Shown: in pieces, positions 8,523 through 17,185 of the stretch | How positions within the stretch are numbered: the stretch's first letter is position 1 | Layout of the letters: each line of letters opens with the position of its first letter | Made by a program: the position numbers and the translations under genes | Notes under the pieces: generated by a model | The model's input: only the letters and a program-made list of their open reading frames with translations | Database searches by the model: none | Told to the model about the DNA's origin: nothing | IMG/VR virus record: IMGVR_UViG_3300033067_002223 | Span: 1-27,890 of that record | Direction: 5' to 3' (one strand) | Origin: a virus | Lineage: Duplodnaviria; Caudoviricetes | Length of the DNA stretch: 27,890 nt

Positions 8523-10094
8523 TTGGCCCGCCCCTCCACTCGCACATACCGGGAAATCCCGGTCACGGTCTTCAACGACTGGGACACGGTGGGCCTGGTG
8601 AAGGACGCCCTCCACCAGCACGAGATGGGGCTCTTTCAGGCCTCGGCGTACCTGGTGGAGGCGATGGGCCGTGACCCCCGGGTCGCTGGCATCATGCAGG
8701 CGCGCATCGACGGGCTGATGTCCAAGCCCATGGTCTTCGAGCCCCGGAACGCCAAGAGCCGCCGGGGCCAGAAGGTCGCGGAGCAGGTCCAGACGGACTG
8801 GGCCGAGATGGCCGACGAAACCGAACTCAAGCAGCTCCTCAAGTGGGGGCTGATGCTCGGGGTCGGGGTCGCCCAGAAGATCTGGACCACCATCGACGGT
8901 GAGTGGCGCCCGCGGCTCGAGGTCTGGCACCCGTCGTTCCTGTTCTGGGACTGGGCGAAGCGCTCCTACCAGCTGAACACCATGGACGGCCTGGCGGAGA
9001 TTCCCCAGGGCGGCGACAGCACCTGGCTGGTCTACACCCCCTACGGCTACAACCGGGGTTGGATGGAGGGCAAGGTCCGCGCCCTGGCTATCCCCTGGCT
9101 GATGCGCGGTTGGGCGATGCGCGACTGGGCCCGGTTTGATGAGCAGTTCGCCCTGGGGCTCATCAAGGCGTTCATGCCGATGGGCACCAACGACGCCGAC
9201 CGGGCCCGCTTCAGCAGCGGCATTGCCAATCGCAACGAGAGCCCCGTCATTGAGTGCCCCTTCGACCCCGCCCAGGGCAAGGATGCTGGTTTTGACGTGG
9301 AGTTGGTCGACACCGGCTCCGCAGCGGGCGCCTGGCAGGTCATCCCCGGCCTGGCAGACCGCTGCGAGACGGACATGGCCATTGTGCTGATCGGCCAGAA
9401 CCTCACCACCGAGGTCAAGGGCGGAAGCCGGGCCGCGGCCGAGGTGCACGACAGCGTCAAGCAGGAGCTGGTCAAGAGCGACAGCAACACCCTGGGGCGC
9501 ACGCTCCAGAAGCAATTGCTGCAGCCCTGGGCCGCCTTCAACTACGGCAAGCCTGAGTTGGCCCCGCTGCCCGTGTGGCAGGTGGAGCCGCCGCAGGACA
9601 AGGACCGCCTGGCCAGTGCCCTGCAGAAGCTGGGCGCCTTCCTCACCGCAGCCAAGGCCGCCGGCGCCCCGGTGGATGTGCGTCGCCTCCTGGAAGAGCA
9701 GGAGGTGCCCACGCTCAGCCTCGAAGAGGAGGCAGCCCAGGCCGCGAAGAAGGCGGCCGAGGCGCCCGACCCTGAGGACCCCACCGACCCCGAGGGCAAC
9801 CCGGGCGGCGAGGATCCAGAGCAACAGCAGCTCTCGGCGCGCAGCGGCACCCAGAAGGGCCAGCGCTACGCCGACCGGGTGGCCGAGAACGCCGTCAAAC
9901 AGGGCGCCCGCGCGGTGCACCTGGACCTGGCCGCGGTCATCAGCGAGGCCTTCATGGCCGGCAGTTTTGACGAGGTCAAAGCCCGGCTGCTCAAGCTCTA
10001 TCCGAAGATGGATGAAGCCGAATTGGCCACCGAGATTGAGCGGGCCTGCCTCCTGGCCGAGCAGGCGGGCCGGGTCGACGCGCAGCGGGGTTGA
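8523..10094 (+). CDS. Portal protein, Mu gp29/DUF935-like, 523 aa
   Basis: DPRVAGIMQARI, GVGVAQKIW, IVLIGQNLTTE..GGSRAAAEVHDSV motifs; position after the terminase; TTG start is uncertain. Confidence 0.92.
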   Translation: MARPSTRTYREIPVTVFNDWDTVGLVKDALHQHEMGLFQASAYLVEAMGRDPRVAGIMQARIDGLMSKPMVFEPRNAKSRRGQKVAEQVQTDWAEMADETELKQLLKWGLMLGVGVAQKIWTTIDGEWRPRLEVWHPSFLFWDWAKRSYQLNTMDGLAEIPQGGDSTWLVYTPYGYNRGWMEGKVRALAIPWLMRGWAMRDWARFDEQFALGLIKAFMPMGTNDADRARFSSGIANRNESPVIECPFDPAQGKDAGFDVELVDTGSAAGAWQVIPGLADRCETDMAIVLIGQNLTTEVKGGSRAAAEVHDSVKQELVKSDSNTLGRTLQKQLLQPWAAFNYGKPELAPLPVWQVEPPQDKDRLASALQKLGAFLTAAKAAGAPVDVRRLLEEQEVPTLSLEEEAAQAAKKAAEAPDPEDPTDPEGNPGGEDPEQQQLSARSGTQKGQRYADRVAENAVKQGARAVHLDLAAVISEAFMAGSFDEVKARLLKLYPKMDEAELATEIERACLLAEQAGRVDAQRG

Positions 10095-10096
10095 CC

Positions 10097-11695
10097 ATGC
10101 TGGTGGTGACGGCGAGCGCCAAGAAGGAGCCCGAGCGCCGCCCCATCGTGGTCACCCTGGCCGGGACCCAGCCCTCCGCGGACCCTCGGCGCTTTGAAGA
10201 GGCCATCGGGGCGTGGCGGGCCAAGACGGCCATGAGCGAAGCCGACTGGCAGGCGCTCACCGAGGCGCAGCGCCAGCGGGCGTTCAAGGTCGCCGGGGTC
10301 ACCAACCTGCGGCTGCTGTCGGACGTCTGGAACGCCCTGGACCGCGCGGTCGAGAAGGGCGAGACGCTCGCCGACTTCAAGGCGGGCATTGCGGCGAAGC
10401 TGGAGAAGGAGTGGGGCGGCGAGAAACCCGGGCGCCTCGAGACCATCTTCCGCACCAACGTCCAGACTGCGTACTCGCACGGGCGTTACGCCCAGCAGAC
10501 CACGCCCGCGATGCTCAAGCGGCGGCCCTTCTGGAAGTACTCGGCCGTCAACGACAGCCGCACGACGCCCATCTGCCAGCCGCTCGGCGGCACCGTGCTG
10601 CCGGCGTCCGACCCATTTTGGAACACCCACGTTCCGCCGCTTCACTTCAATTGCAGGTCCACCATCATCGCGCTCAGCCGCGACGCCGCGGAAGCCCAGG
10701 GCATCGCCGAGGACGCGCCGGACATCGACGCCGCCGAGGGCTTTGGGCTCGCCCCCAGGCCGGGCACTGACACCTTCGCGCCAGACCTGAGCAACGTCCC
10801 GCCACCGCTGGCCAAGGCCTACCTGGCGAAGCAGCACAAGACCGCCGCGCCCGCCAAGGTCACCACGGCGCAGGCCATGGCCGACCTGGACAGCCGCTCA
10901 AAGTCGGCCGCCCGGGCGATGTTCGGGGCCGACTTCGACAACCTCCCGCCCGTCGCCTCCACCGACGGCACGGGCAACAGCTACCGCGACCCGACCACGG
11001 GCGCGATTGAGATTGGCGCGACATACTGGCCGCACCTGGTCACCCTGGCCCAGAAGAAGCCGGGCCAGGCCATCACCCACGACGAAGCCCGGGGCCTCGA
11101 GGCGTACTTCCACGAGAGCATCCACGGGCTCGGGACGTACAAGCAGGCAGGCAAGGGCGGCTGGGAAGCGCTGCTCTACTCGCAGGGCATTGGGCGTGTG
11201 CTGGAGGAAGGCTCCACGGAGCTGCTGGCGGTCCTGAAGACCCACGACTTCGCCCGGGAGCTGGGCTACGTCGTGCCGCCCGAGGCGGGCTACTACCGCA
11301 CCCGGGCCAGCGGCACCCTGAAGGCCCGGCACTCCTATTACAGCGAGGTCGGGACGGTCGAGACGCTGTTGCACTTCGCCGCCGGCAGCGCCAAGCCCAC
11401 CATCATCGAGTCGGGCGACCTGGACAGCCGGGGCGTCGCGCTCCTGGTGGAGATGGCCGGGCACTGGCAGCCGCGGGCCCGCCTGAAGCGCCTCGCCGAC
11501 GCGGCCTTCGAGCGCTACAGCACGCCGGGCGACGTCCTCCGCGAGCAACGCCGGGCGCTGTTCGAGTCCATCGTGGTGCGCTCCAGCGAAGACGACATGG
11601 GGCAAGGCGTCCTCCACAGCGCGCTGTGGCACGTCCTGCACGGTGACGAGGCGACGTTGAAGACCATCGCCTCGCACTTCAAGGTGGCGCTGTGA
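10097..11695 (+). CDS. MuF (Mu gp30/SPP1 gp7-like) minor head protein with C-terminal zinc-metallopeptidase-like extension, about 532 aa
   Basis: RAFKVAGV, RLETIFRTNVQTAYSHGRY, WKYSAVNDSRT, PPLHFNCRS define MuF; the extension has HESIH (11111-11125) and EEGSTE (11204-11221). Alternative TTG start at 10091. Confidence 0.9.
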   Translation: MLVVTASAKKEPERRPIVVTLAGTQPSADPRRFEEAIGAWRAKTAMSEADWQALTEAQRQRAFKVAGVTNLRLLSDVWNALDRAVEKGETLADFKAGIAAKLEKEWGGEKPGRLETIFRTNVQTAYSHGRYAQQTTPAMLKRRPFWKYSAVNDSRTTPICQPLGGTVLPASDPFWNTHVPPLHFNCRSTIIALSRDAAEAQGIAEDAPDIDAAEGFGLAPRPGTDTFAPDLSNVPPPLAKAYLAKQHKTAAPAKVTTAQAMADLDSRSKSAARAMFGADFDNLPPVASTDGTGNSYRDPTTGAIEIGATYWPHLVTLAQKKPGQAITHDEARGLEAYFHESIHGLGTYKQAGKGGWEALLYSQGIGRVLEEGSTELLAVLKTHDFARELGYVVPPEAGYYRTRASGTLKARHSYYSEVGTVETLLHFAAGSAKPTIIESGDLDSRGVALLVEMAGHWQPRARLKRLADAAFERYSTPGDVLREQRRALFESIVVRSSEDDMGQGVLHSALWHVLHGDEATLKTIASHFKVAL

Positions 11696-11862
11696 CCATC
11701 GCGCAGCAGGTCCGCAAGCTCTGGTTCAACGCCTCCACCGACAACTTCACGGCCTCCTACGCGCAGGCGCGGGCCCTCCAGCAGCAGGCCCCCAAAGACC
11801 TCCAGGTCCAGGGCTACATGGAGGGCTTGACCATGCTCGGCAAGGCCCTCGGGTTCCTTTGA
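11692..11862 (+). CDS. 56-aa ORF absent from the track; candidate immunity protein for the MuF extension
   Basis: MTIAQQVRKLWFNASTDNFTASYAQARALQQQAPKDLQVQGYMEGLTMLGKALGFL; GTGA overlap with the MuF stop, TGATG overlap with the protease start, AAGGTGG upstream, GC-rich third positions. Confidence 0.75.
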   Translation: MTIAQQVRKLWFNASTDNFTASYAQARALQQQAPKDLQVQGYMEGLTMLGKALGFL

Positions 11863-13190
11863 TGACCTCTCGCATCGTCGTCACGCTCAGCGCTGTGGCC
11901 CTGGTGCAGCGGGCCACCCCCGTGCTCCTGGACGCCACGGGCGCGCGCAAGGCGCCGAGCGAGTTCCGCATCTTCCCGGCGGGGGCCTTCGGGGCCACCA
12001 AGGGCAAGTACACCTTCAGCGCCAGGAGCGCCGAGAAGGTCATGGAGGCGTTCAAGGCCCACGGCACTGAACTGGCCTTCGATTACGAGCACCAGACCTT
12101 TTCGGACCCGCCCGTGCGCGCCCCGGCCGCCGGCTGGTTCACGCCCGAGGTCCGCAACGGCGAGCTCTGGGCCACCCAGATCAAGTGGACCCCGGACGCC
12201 CTGAAGCACATCCAGGACGGCGAGTACCGCTACTTCAGCCCGGCCTTCGAGACGGAGAAGGGCGGCGAGGTGGTCCGGCTGCTGAACGTGGCCCTGACCA
12301 ACCTCCCCTCGATGCACAGCCTGCAGCCCCTGGTGGCCGCCAGCCAGAAGACGGCCGACCGCCGCACCGCCGTCACCCTCTCGGCGATGAGCTTCGATGC
12401 CATCCGCATGGAGCTCGAGGCGGCGCTCCGGGCGCTGTACCCCGAGGGCGAAGGCAAGCCCCTCCCCTGGCTGAGCGAGCTCTACGACGACCACCTCATC
12501 GTCGCCTTCGACGGCCACCTCTACCGCATCGCCTACGAGGTCCGCGGCGCGTCTGCCGTGCTGGTGGGCGAGCCCCTAGAAGTTCAGCGCACCTACACCC
12601 CCGTCGCCAAGGGCGACGAAGGAGAGCCCATGAAGAACGTCCTGACCGCCCTCGCCCTCGCCGCCACCGCGTCGGAGGCCGACGCCACCAGCGCCGTTGT
12701 CGTCCTGCGTGACGAGCGCGACGCCGCCAAGCGCACCGCTGCCGCCATGGAGGCGGAGCTGCTCACGCTCACCGACTCCAAGAGCGCCGGCGAGGCCAAG
12801 GGCCGCATTGCCGCCTGGAAGGAGAGCGCCGCCCAGGTCGCCACCCTGTCGGCGTCGCTGAAGGCCGCCGAGGACAAGCTGGCCGCCCACGACGCCGAGG
12901 CCAAGAGCGCCAAGGTGCTCGGCATGGTCGAGGCCGGCATCAAGGACGGCAAGATCGCCCCCGCCCAGAAGGAGTACTTCCTGAGCATGGGCCGGAAGGA
13001 CGTCGAGATGCTGTCGGGCTACCTGGGCACCGCGGTGCCGATGGTGGCCACGGCGCCCATCGCCAAGCCGGCGGGCGGCGAGGACAAGCACGAGGTCACC
13101 CTCACGGACACCGAGAAGAAGGTGGCCAAGAAGATGGGCATCAGCGAGGCCGACTTCATCGCCACCAAGAAGGCCCACGAGAAGAAGTAG
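11862..13190 (+). CDS. Mu-like prohead protease I (gp32) with C-terminal scaffold region, 442 aa
   Basis: FDYEHQT, APAAGW, IKWTPDA...EYRYFSPAF, VALTNLP motifs; helical C-terminus with GKIAPAQKE and LTDTEKKVAKKMGIS. Confidence 0.93.
   Translation: MTSRIVVTLSAVALVQRATPVLLDATGARKAPSEFRIFPAGAFGATKGKYTFSARSAEKVMEAFKAHGTELAFDYEHQTFSDPPVRAPAAGWFTPEVRNGELWATQIKWTPDALKHIQDGEYRYFSPAFETEKGGEVVRLLNVALTNLPSMHSLQPLVAASQKTADRRTAVTLSAMSFDAIRMELEAALRALYPEGEGKPLPWLSELYDDHLIVAFDGHLYRIAYEVRGASAVLVGEPLEVQRTYTPVAKGDEGEPMKNVLTALALAATASEADATSAVVVLRDERDAAKRTAAAMEAELLTLTDSKSAGEAKGRIAAWKESAAQVATLSASLKAAEDKLAAHDAEAKSAKVLGMVEAGIKDGKIAPAQKEYFLSMGRKDVEMLSGYLGTAVPMVATAPIAKPAGGEDKHEVTLTDTEKKVAKKMGISEADFIATKKAHEKK
12630..13190 (+). 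CDS. Nested in-frame scaffolding protein (Mu gpZ-like), 186 aa
   Basis: In-frame ATG 12630 preceded by GAAGGAGA; Ala-rich helical product; same arrangement as Mu I/Z. Confidence 0.7.
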   Translation: MKNVLTALALAATASEADATSAVVVLRDERDAAKRTAAAMEAELLTLTDSKSAGEAKGRIAAWKESAAQVATLSASLKAAEDKLAAHDAEAKSAKVLGMVEAGIKDGKIAPAQKEYFLSMGRKDVEMLSGYLGTAVPMVATAPIAKPAGGEDKHEVTLTDTEKKVAKKMGISEADFIATKKAHEKK

Positions 13191-13270
13191 CAGCCCGCCC
13201 GCTTCGCCCTCCGTCGCACCCCACCCAGTTTTGAGCGGGCCCGCCTGTTCGGGACTCGCCTGGAGCCCCC

Positions 13271-14092
13271 ATGTCCGCACTTTCCGCCGAGCGCAACACC
13301 GTCAAGGTGGGCGCCCTCCCCCTCACGACGTACCAGGATGTGCCGGTCAAGGCCGGCGCCGTCATCTACAAGGGCGGCCTCGTGGCCCTGAGCGGCGGTT
13401 ACGCCGTCTCGGCCAGCGCCGCCTCGGGCCTGACCATCATCGGCCGCGCTGAGCAGACGGTCGACAACACCACCGGCAGCAACGGCACCCTGACGGTCCA
13501 GGTCGCCCGCGGGCAGTTCCGCTACGACATCTACGGGTCGGACGCGGTCACCGCCGCGGACCTCGGCCGCGACGTCTTCGCCTACGACGACCACACCATC
13601 GCCAAGACCGACGGCGGCTCGGGCGCGCGCTCGCGGGCCGGCAAGCTGGTGGGCTTCAGCGACGACGGCACCGAGGCCATCGTGGAGATCACGTCGGCGC
13701 CGGACGGCGCGGGCGCGGTCATGGTGCACGTCCTGCCCATCGACCTGGCCAGCATCCCGGCCGGCGTCGCGGTCGGCCCCGTCGTGATGCCCTTCTCGGG
13801 CCGCATCGTGAAGGCCGAGTACCTGGCGGCGAAGGCGGCCTCCACGGGCGGCAAGGGCGTGACCCTCCAGCCCCGCATCACCCCCTCGGGCGGCTCGGCT
13901 GCGGCCACCACGGGCGGCCTCATCACGCTCACCACGGCCACCAGCGCCATCGGCGCCCCGGTCGCCGGCACGGCCATCACGGCCGCCAATACCTTCAAGG
14001 CCGGCGACTCCATCGACCTGCTGGGCGCGCTCAACGTCGCCGCCTTCGTCGAGGGCTTCGGCTCCGTCCGCCTCCACATCGCCCCGGCGTAA
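13271..14092 (+). CDS. Capsid decoration/cement protein with an extra C-terminal beta domain, 273 aa
   Basis: PVKAGAVIYKGGLV...IIGRAEQTVDN...VTAADLGRDVFAYDDHTI...RSRAGKLVG pattern; lies between protease and major capsid genes. Confidence 0.75.
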   Translation: MSALSAERNTVKVGALPLTTYQDVPVKAGAVIYKGGLVALSGGYAVSASAASGLTIIGRAEQTVDNTTGSNGTLTVQVARGQFRYDIYGSDAVTAADLGRDVFAYDDHTIAKTDGGSGARSRAGKLVGFSDDGTEAIVEITSAPDGAGAVMVHVLPIDLASIPAGVAVGPVVMPFSGRIVKAEYLAAKAASTGGKGVTLQPRITPSGGSAAATTGGLITLTTATSAIGAPVAGTAITAANTFKAGDSIDLLGALNVAAFVEGFGSVRLHIAPA

Positions 14093-14164
14093 TCGGCCGG
14101 TCCCCGCTTCCCCTTCGCTTCAGCCTCCACCCCCGACCGCCTGGCGGCCGGAAAGGACACCCTC

Positions 14165-15097
14165 GTGCAAATCCTGCCCTCTCTGGCCCAGGCCGCTTTC
14201 CTGGGCTTCGACACGCAGTTCCAGTCCGTCTTCAAGGCGACGCCCAAGATCTGGGACCGCATCGCCACGCTCAAGACCTCCGTCACGGAGGAGGAGCGCC
14301 ACCTGTGGAGCGCCGAGATCGGCGACCTCCGCGAGTGGAAGGGCGAGCGCCACTTCGAGAACCTCCAGGGCCGCGTCCAGACCCTCAAGAACAAGAAGTT
14401 CGAGAAGTCGTTTGAGGTGCCGGTCGACCGGATGGAGGACGACCAGTACGGGATGTACAACGACAAGGCGGCGAGTCTCGCCCGCGCCGCCGCCCGCTGG
14501 CCGGACAAGATCGTCATCGACGCCCTGATCGCGGGCTCGAGCTCGGCCACGTCGTTCGATGGTCAGTACTTCTTCGACAGTGACCACCCGATTGACGTGG
14601 ACAACGCCAGTTCGGGCACCCAGAGCAACCTCTTCACCAGCCGCGCCCTGAACGCGGACAACCTGGCGTACATCCGGGCGCAGATGATGAGCCTGGTGGA
14701 CGACCACGGCGTGCCGCTGGAGATCATGCCCAACCTGCTGGTGGTCCCGCCCCAGCTCGAGTACCAGGCGCGGCAGATCCTCAACACGCAGATCCTCGGC
14801 GTGCCGGTCACGGGCAGCCCGGGCGGCGCCGCGGGTCAGAGCAACGTCCTCCAGGGCACCATGGACGTGCTCGTGTCGTCGCGCCTCGCCGGCCACCCGA
14901 CCGAGTACTACCTGATGGACACCACCCGGAGCGTGAAGCCGCTGATCTTCCAGCAGCGCATGGCGCCCATCTTCGCCTGGCGGAACCGGCCCGAGGACGA
15001 CAACGTCTTCGAGCGCGACGTGCTGCAGTACGGCGTCAAGGCCCGCGGCGCCGCCGGCTACGGCCTCTGGTTCCTGGCCGCCAAGGGCGTGGCGTAA
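14165..15097 (+). CDS. Major capsid protein, Mu gpT-like, 310 aa
   Basis: LREWKGER, NKKFEKSFEV..DRMEDDQYGMY, FDGQYFFDSDHP, PNLLVVPPQLE, KPLIFQQR, YGVKARGAAGYGLW. Confidence 0.96.
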   Translation: MQILPSLAQAAFLGFDTQFQSVFKATPKIWDRIATLKTSVTEEERHLWSAEIGDLREWKGERHFENLQGRVQTLKNKKFEKSFEVPVDRMEDDQYGMYNDKAASLARAAARWPDKIVIDALIAGSSSATSFDGQYFFDSDHPIDVDNASSGTQSNLFTSRALNADNLAYIRAQMMSLVDDHGVPLEIMPNLLVVPPQLEYQARQILNTQILGVPVTGSPGGAAGQSNVLQGTMDVLVSSRLAGHPTEYYLMDTTRSVKPLIFQQRMAPIFAWRNRPEDDNVFERDVLQYGVKARGAAGYGLWFLAAKGVA

Positions 15098-15127
15098 GCC
15101 ACCCCGCTTCACCTCCACACCCCAGCC

Positions 15128-15151
15128 GCCGGGCTCGAAACTGAGCCCGGC
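15128..15151 (+). terminator. GC hairpin after the capsid gene (stability or pause hairpin; no U-tract)
   Basis: GCCGGGCTC-GAAACT-GAGCCCGGC, a perfect 9-bp stem. Confidence 0.45.
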
Positions 15152-15162
15152 CCGGTGCCTCC

Positions 15163-15714
15163 ATGCCCGACACCCGCCCCTACTTCGTCTCGGCCGCCCT
15201 CGACACGGCCGCGAACCACAAGACCTATCGCCGCGCCGGCCTGATCCTCACGGCCGCGCCGGCCCGCCACGACCTGACCGCGGGCCAGCTCGCGGCCCTC
15301 CGCGCCGACACGAAGGTGTCGGTCATTGAGGCCGGCGAGTTCAGCGCCGCGCCCTCCGACGCCGCGGCGATGGAGCTCAAGTCGAAGCTGGCCGCGGCGC
15401 AGGACGCGGTGGCCCAGCACGAGCTCGACCGGGAGCAGATGACCGCCGCCCTGGCCGAGTCCGAGCGCAAGCTGGCCGAGGCCAGCAAGGCCAACGCCGA
15501 CGCCGCCAAGCGCATCGCCGAGCTGGAGACCAGCGCCGCGATGAACGGCCAGGCCGCCCAGGCTGCGCTGGCCCGGGCCGAGAGCGCCGAGCGCGACCTC
15601 AGCGAGGCCAAGGCGCGGCTGCTCAAGTACGAGAGCGGCGCCACGCCGGCGCCCGCCCCCGCGGCCGACGCGACCGCCGAGGGCGACAAGAAGAAGTCGG
15701 GCCGGCGCATCTAG
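15163..15714 (+). CDS. Mu gp35/HI1506-like protein with coiled-coil extension, 183 aa
   Basis: YRRAGL...LTAGQLAALRADTKVSV N-terminus; position after the capsid gene; heptad-rich C-terminal half. Confidence 0.7.
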   Translation: MPDTRPYFVSAALDTAANHKTYRRAGLILTAAPARHDLTAGQLAALRADTKVSVIEAGEFSAAPSDAAAMELKSKLAAAQDAVAQHELDREQMTAALAESERKLAEASKANADAAKRIAELETSAAMNGQAAQAALARAESAERDLSEAKARLLKYESGATPAPAPAADATAEGDKKKSGRRI

Positions 15715-15728
15715 TCGGCGGGTGACCC

Positions 15729-16121
15729 ATGGCCTACGCCACCGTTGCCAAGCTCATGCAGGTCGGCGTCAACGCGGATGCCCTGACCGGCATCCCCGAG
15801 GCCGACCTCCAGGCCGCCCTCGACGACGCCTCGGCGACCGCCGACGGTTACCTGGCCGCCCGCTATGTCCTGCCGCTGGTGGCGCCCTTCCCGGGTGACC
15901 TCCAGCTGCGGATCTGCGAGATCGCGGCATTCCTGGCGGTCGCGGCGCGCGGCCTTGACCCCGAGGGGGCCCACAAGGTCATCCGCCTGCGGTACGAGGA
16001 CGCGCTGCGGTGGCTCCGGGACGTGTCCAACAACCACGTCCAGCCCGCGGTCACCGATAGCCGCCCCTCCACGTCGTCGCTCCCGCCCCGCGTCCTCTCC
16101 GGCAAACCCCGCGGCTGGTGA
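15729..16121 (+). CDS. Head-tail adaptor, Mu gp36/DUF1320-like, 130 aa
   Basis: MAYAT..., ALDDASATADGYLAARYVLPL, RYEDALRWLRDV. Confidence 0.9.
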   Translation: MAYATVAKLMQVGVNADALTGIPEADLQAALDDASATADGYLAARYVLPLVAPFPGDLQLRICEIAAFLAVAARGLDPEGAHKVIRLRYEDALRWLRDVSNNHVQPAVTDSRPSTSSLPPRVLSGKPRGW

Positions 16122-16124
16122 GCC

Positions 16125-16607
16125 ATGGGCCTCTCCGGCGACTTCGGGAAGCTGGGCAAGCTCATCAGGCAGATGGACCAGCTTGGGAGCCGCAAGCCCG
16201 AGCTGCTCCGGGACCTGGCCGCCGAGGGCCTGGCGCGGGTGCAAGAGGGCTTCGAACAGGGCCGCGCGCCCGACGGCTCCACCTGGGCTCCGCTGGCGCT
16301 CAGGCAGGGTCAGCCCCTGCTGGACACCGGGCGCCTTCGCTCCAGCATTACCTACGCCCTGACCTCCAGCGGCTTCAGCCTGGGCACGGCGGTGGCCTAC
16401 GCCTCGATCCACCAGTACGGCGGCACCATCCGCGCCAAGAGCGGCGGGGTGCTCAAGTGGCAGGTGGGCGGGCGCTGGTACACGGCCAAGAGCGTGGTCA
16501 TCCCCGCGCGCCCCTTCCTGCCCATCGGCGGCCGGGTGAGCGACGAATGGACCCGGGCCTTCCGGGACATTGCGGCGGACTGGCTCCACGACAACTTCAA
16601 GCCCTGA
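16125..16607 (+). CDS. Virion morphogenesis protein (Mu gpG/P2 gpS-like), 160 aa
   Basis: PDGSTWAPL, LLDTGRLRSSI, YASIHQYGG, IPARPFL. Confidence 0.92.
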   Translation: MGLSGDFGKLGKLIRQMDQLGSRKPELLRDLAAEGLARVQEGFEQGRAPDGSTWAPLALRQGQPLLDTGRLRSSITYALTSSGFSLGTAVAYASIHQYGGTIRAKSGGVLKWQVGGRWYTAKSVVIPARPFLPIGGRVSDEWTRAFRDIAADWLHDNFKP

Positions 16608-16619
16608 CCGGGTGCACCG

Positions 16620-17183
16620 ATGAAGCTGGGCGCGCTGCTGACGGCCATCAATTCCGAGCTGGCCGCGCTGGTGCCCGGGGTCACCACCCACATCGGGCCA
16701 GAGTGGCTCACCAAGGGCGAGAGCCCGCCCCGGGTCGTCTGGGTGCCCGAGGCCGAGCGATTCATCCCGGGCGGCGTGCGCAGCATCCGGGCGCCGCAGA
16801 CCGCGGGCAACACCGCCCGGTCGCTCTGGACGAATGTCGTCGTGGTGGCGGCCCACTGCTGGGGCACCAGCACGGACCCCAAGACCACCGCCGCCAATGA
16901 GTACGCCGAGATGGACGCCGCGCGCGACCTGGCCCGGCTGCTCCTGGTGGCCGCCCGCCGCGCTGCCTACGGCGCCGTCACCCCGCTGCCCACCCAGCAC
17001 GACACCAGCGGCGCCCAGCTCGTTCAGCGCGGGCGCCTCTATGTGATGCGGCTCGAGGTCCGGCTGCCGGTCGAGGACTACACCGCCGACCGCTACCAGA
17101 CGCTCACGGTGGTGGACGAAGACCCCACGCCGGGCACGGAAGTGCAGCTGGTGCCCGACACCGAAATTGAACTCCCGGAGTGA
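16620..17183 (+). CDS. Putative tail terminator/neck protein, 187 aa
   Basis: Position between gpG-like and sheath genes; PPRVVWVP...AHCWG pattern. Confidence 0.55.
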   Translation: MKLGALLTAINSELAALVPGVTTHIGPEWLTKGESPPRVVWVPEAERFIPGGVRSIRAPQTAGNTARSLWTNVVVVAAHCWGTSTDPKTTAANEYAEMDAARDLARLLLVAARRAAYGAVTPLPTQHDTSGAQLVQRGRLYVMRLEVRLPVEDYTADRYQTLTVVDEDPTPGTEVQLVPDTEIELPE

Positions 17184-17185
17184 CC

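Noticed and set aside
8483-8674. 63-aa GTG ORF using GGAGG at 8464
   Set aside because: SD spacing of 14 nt is too long, it overlaps the portal out of frame, and the product is low-complexity.
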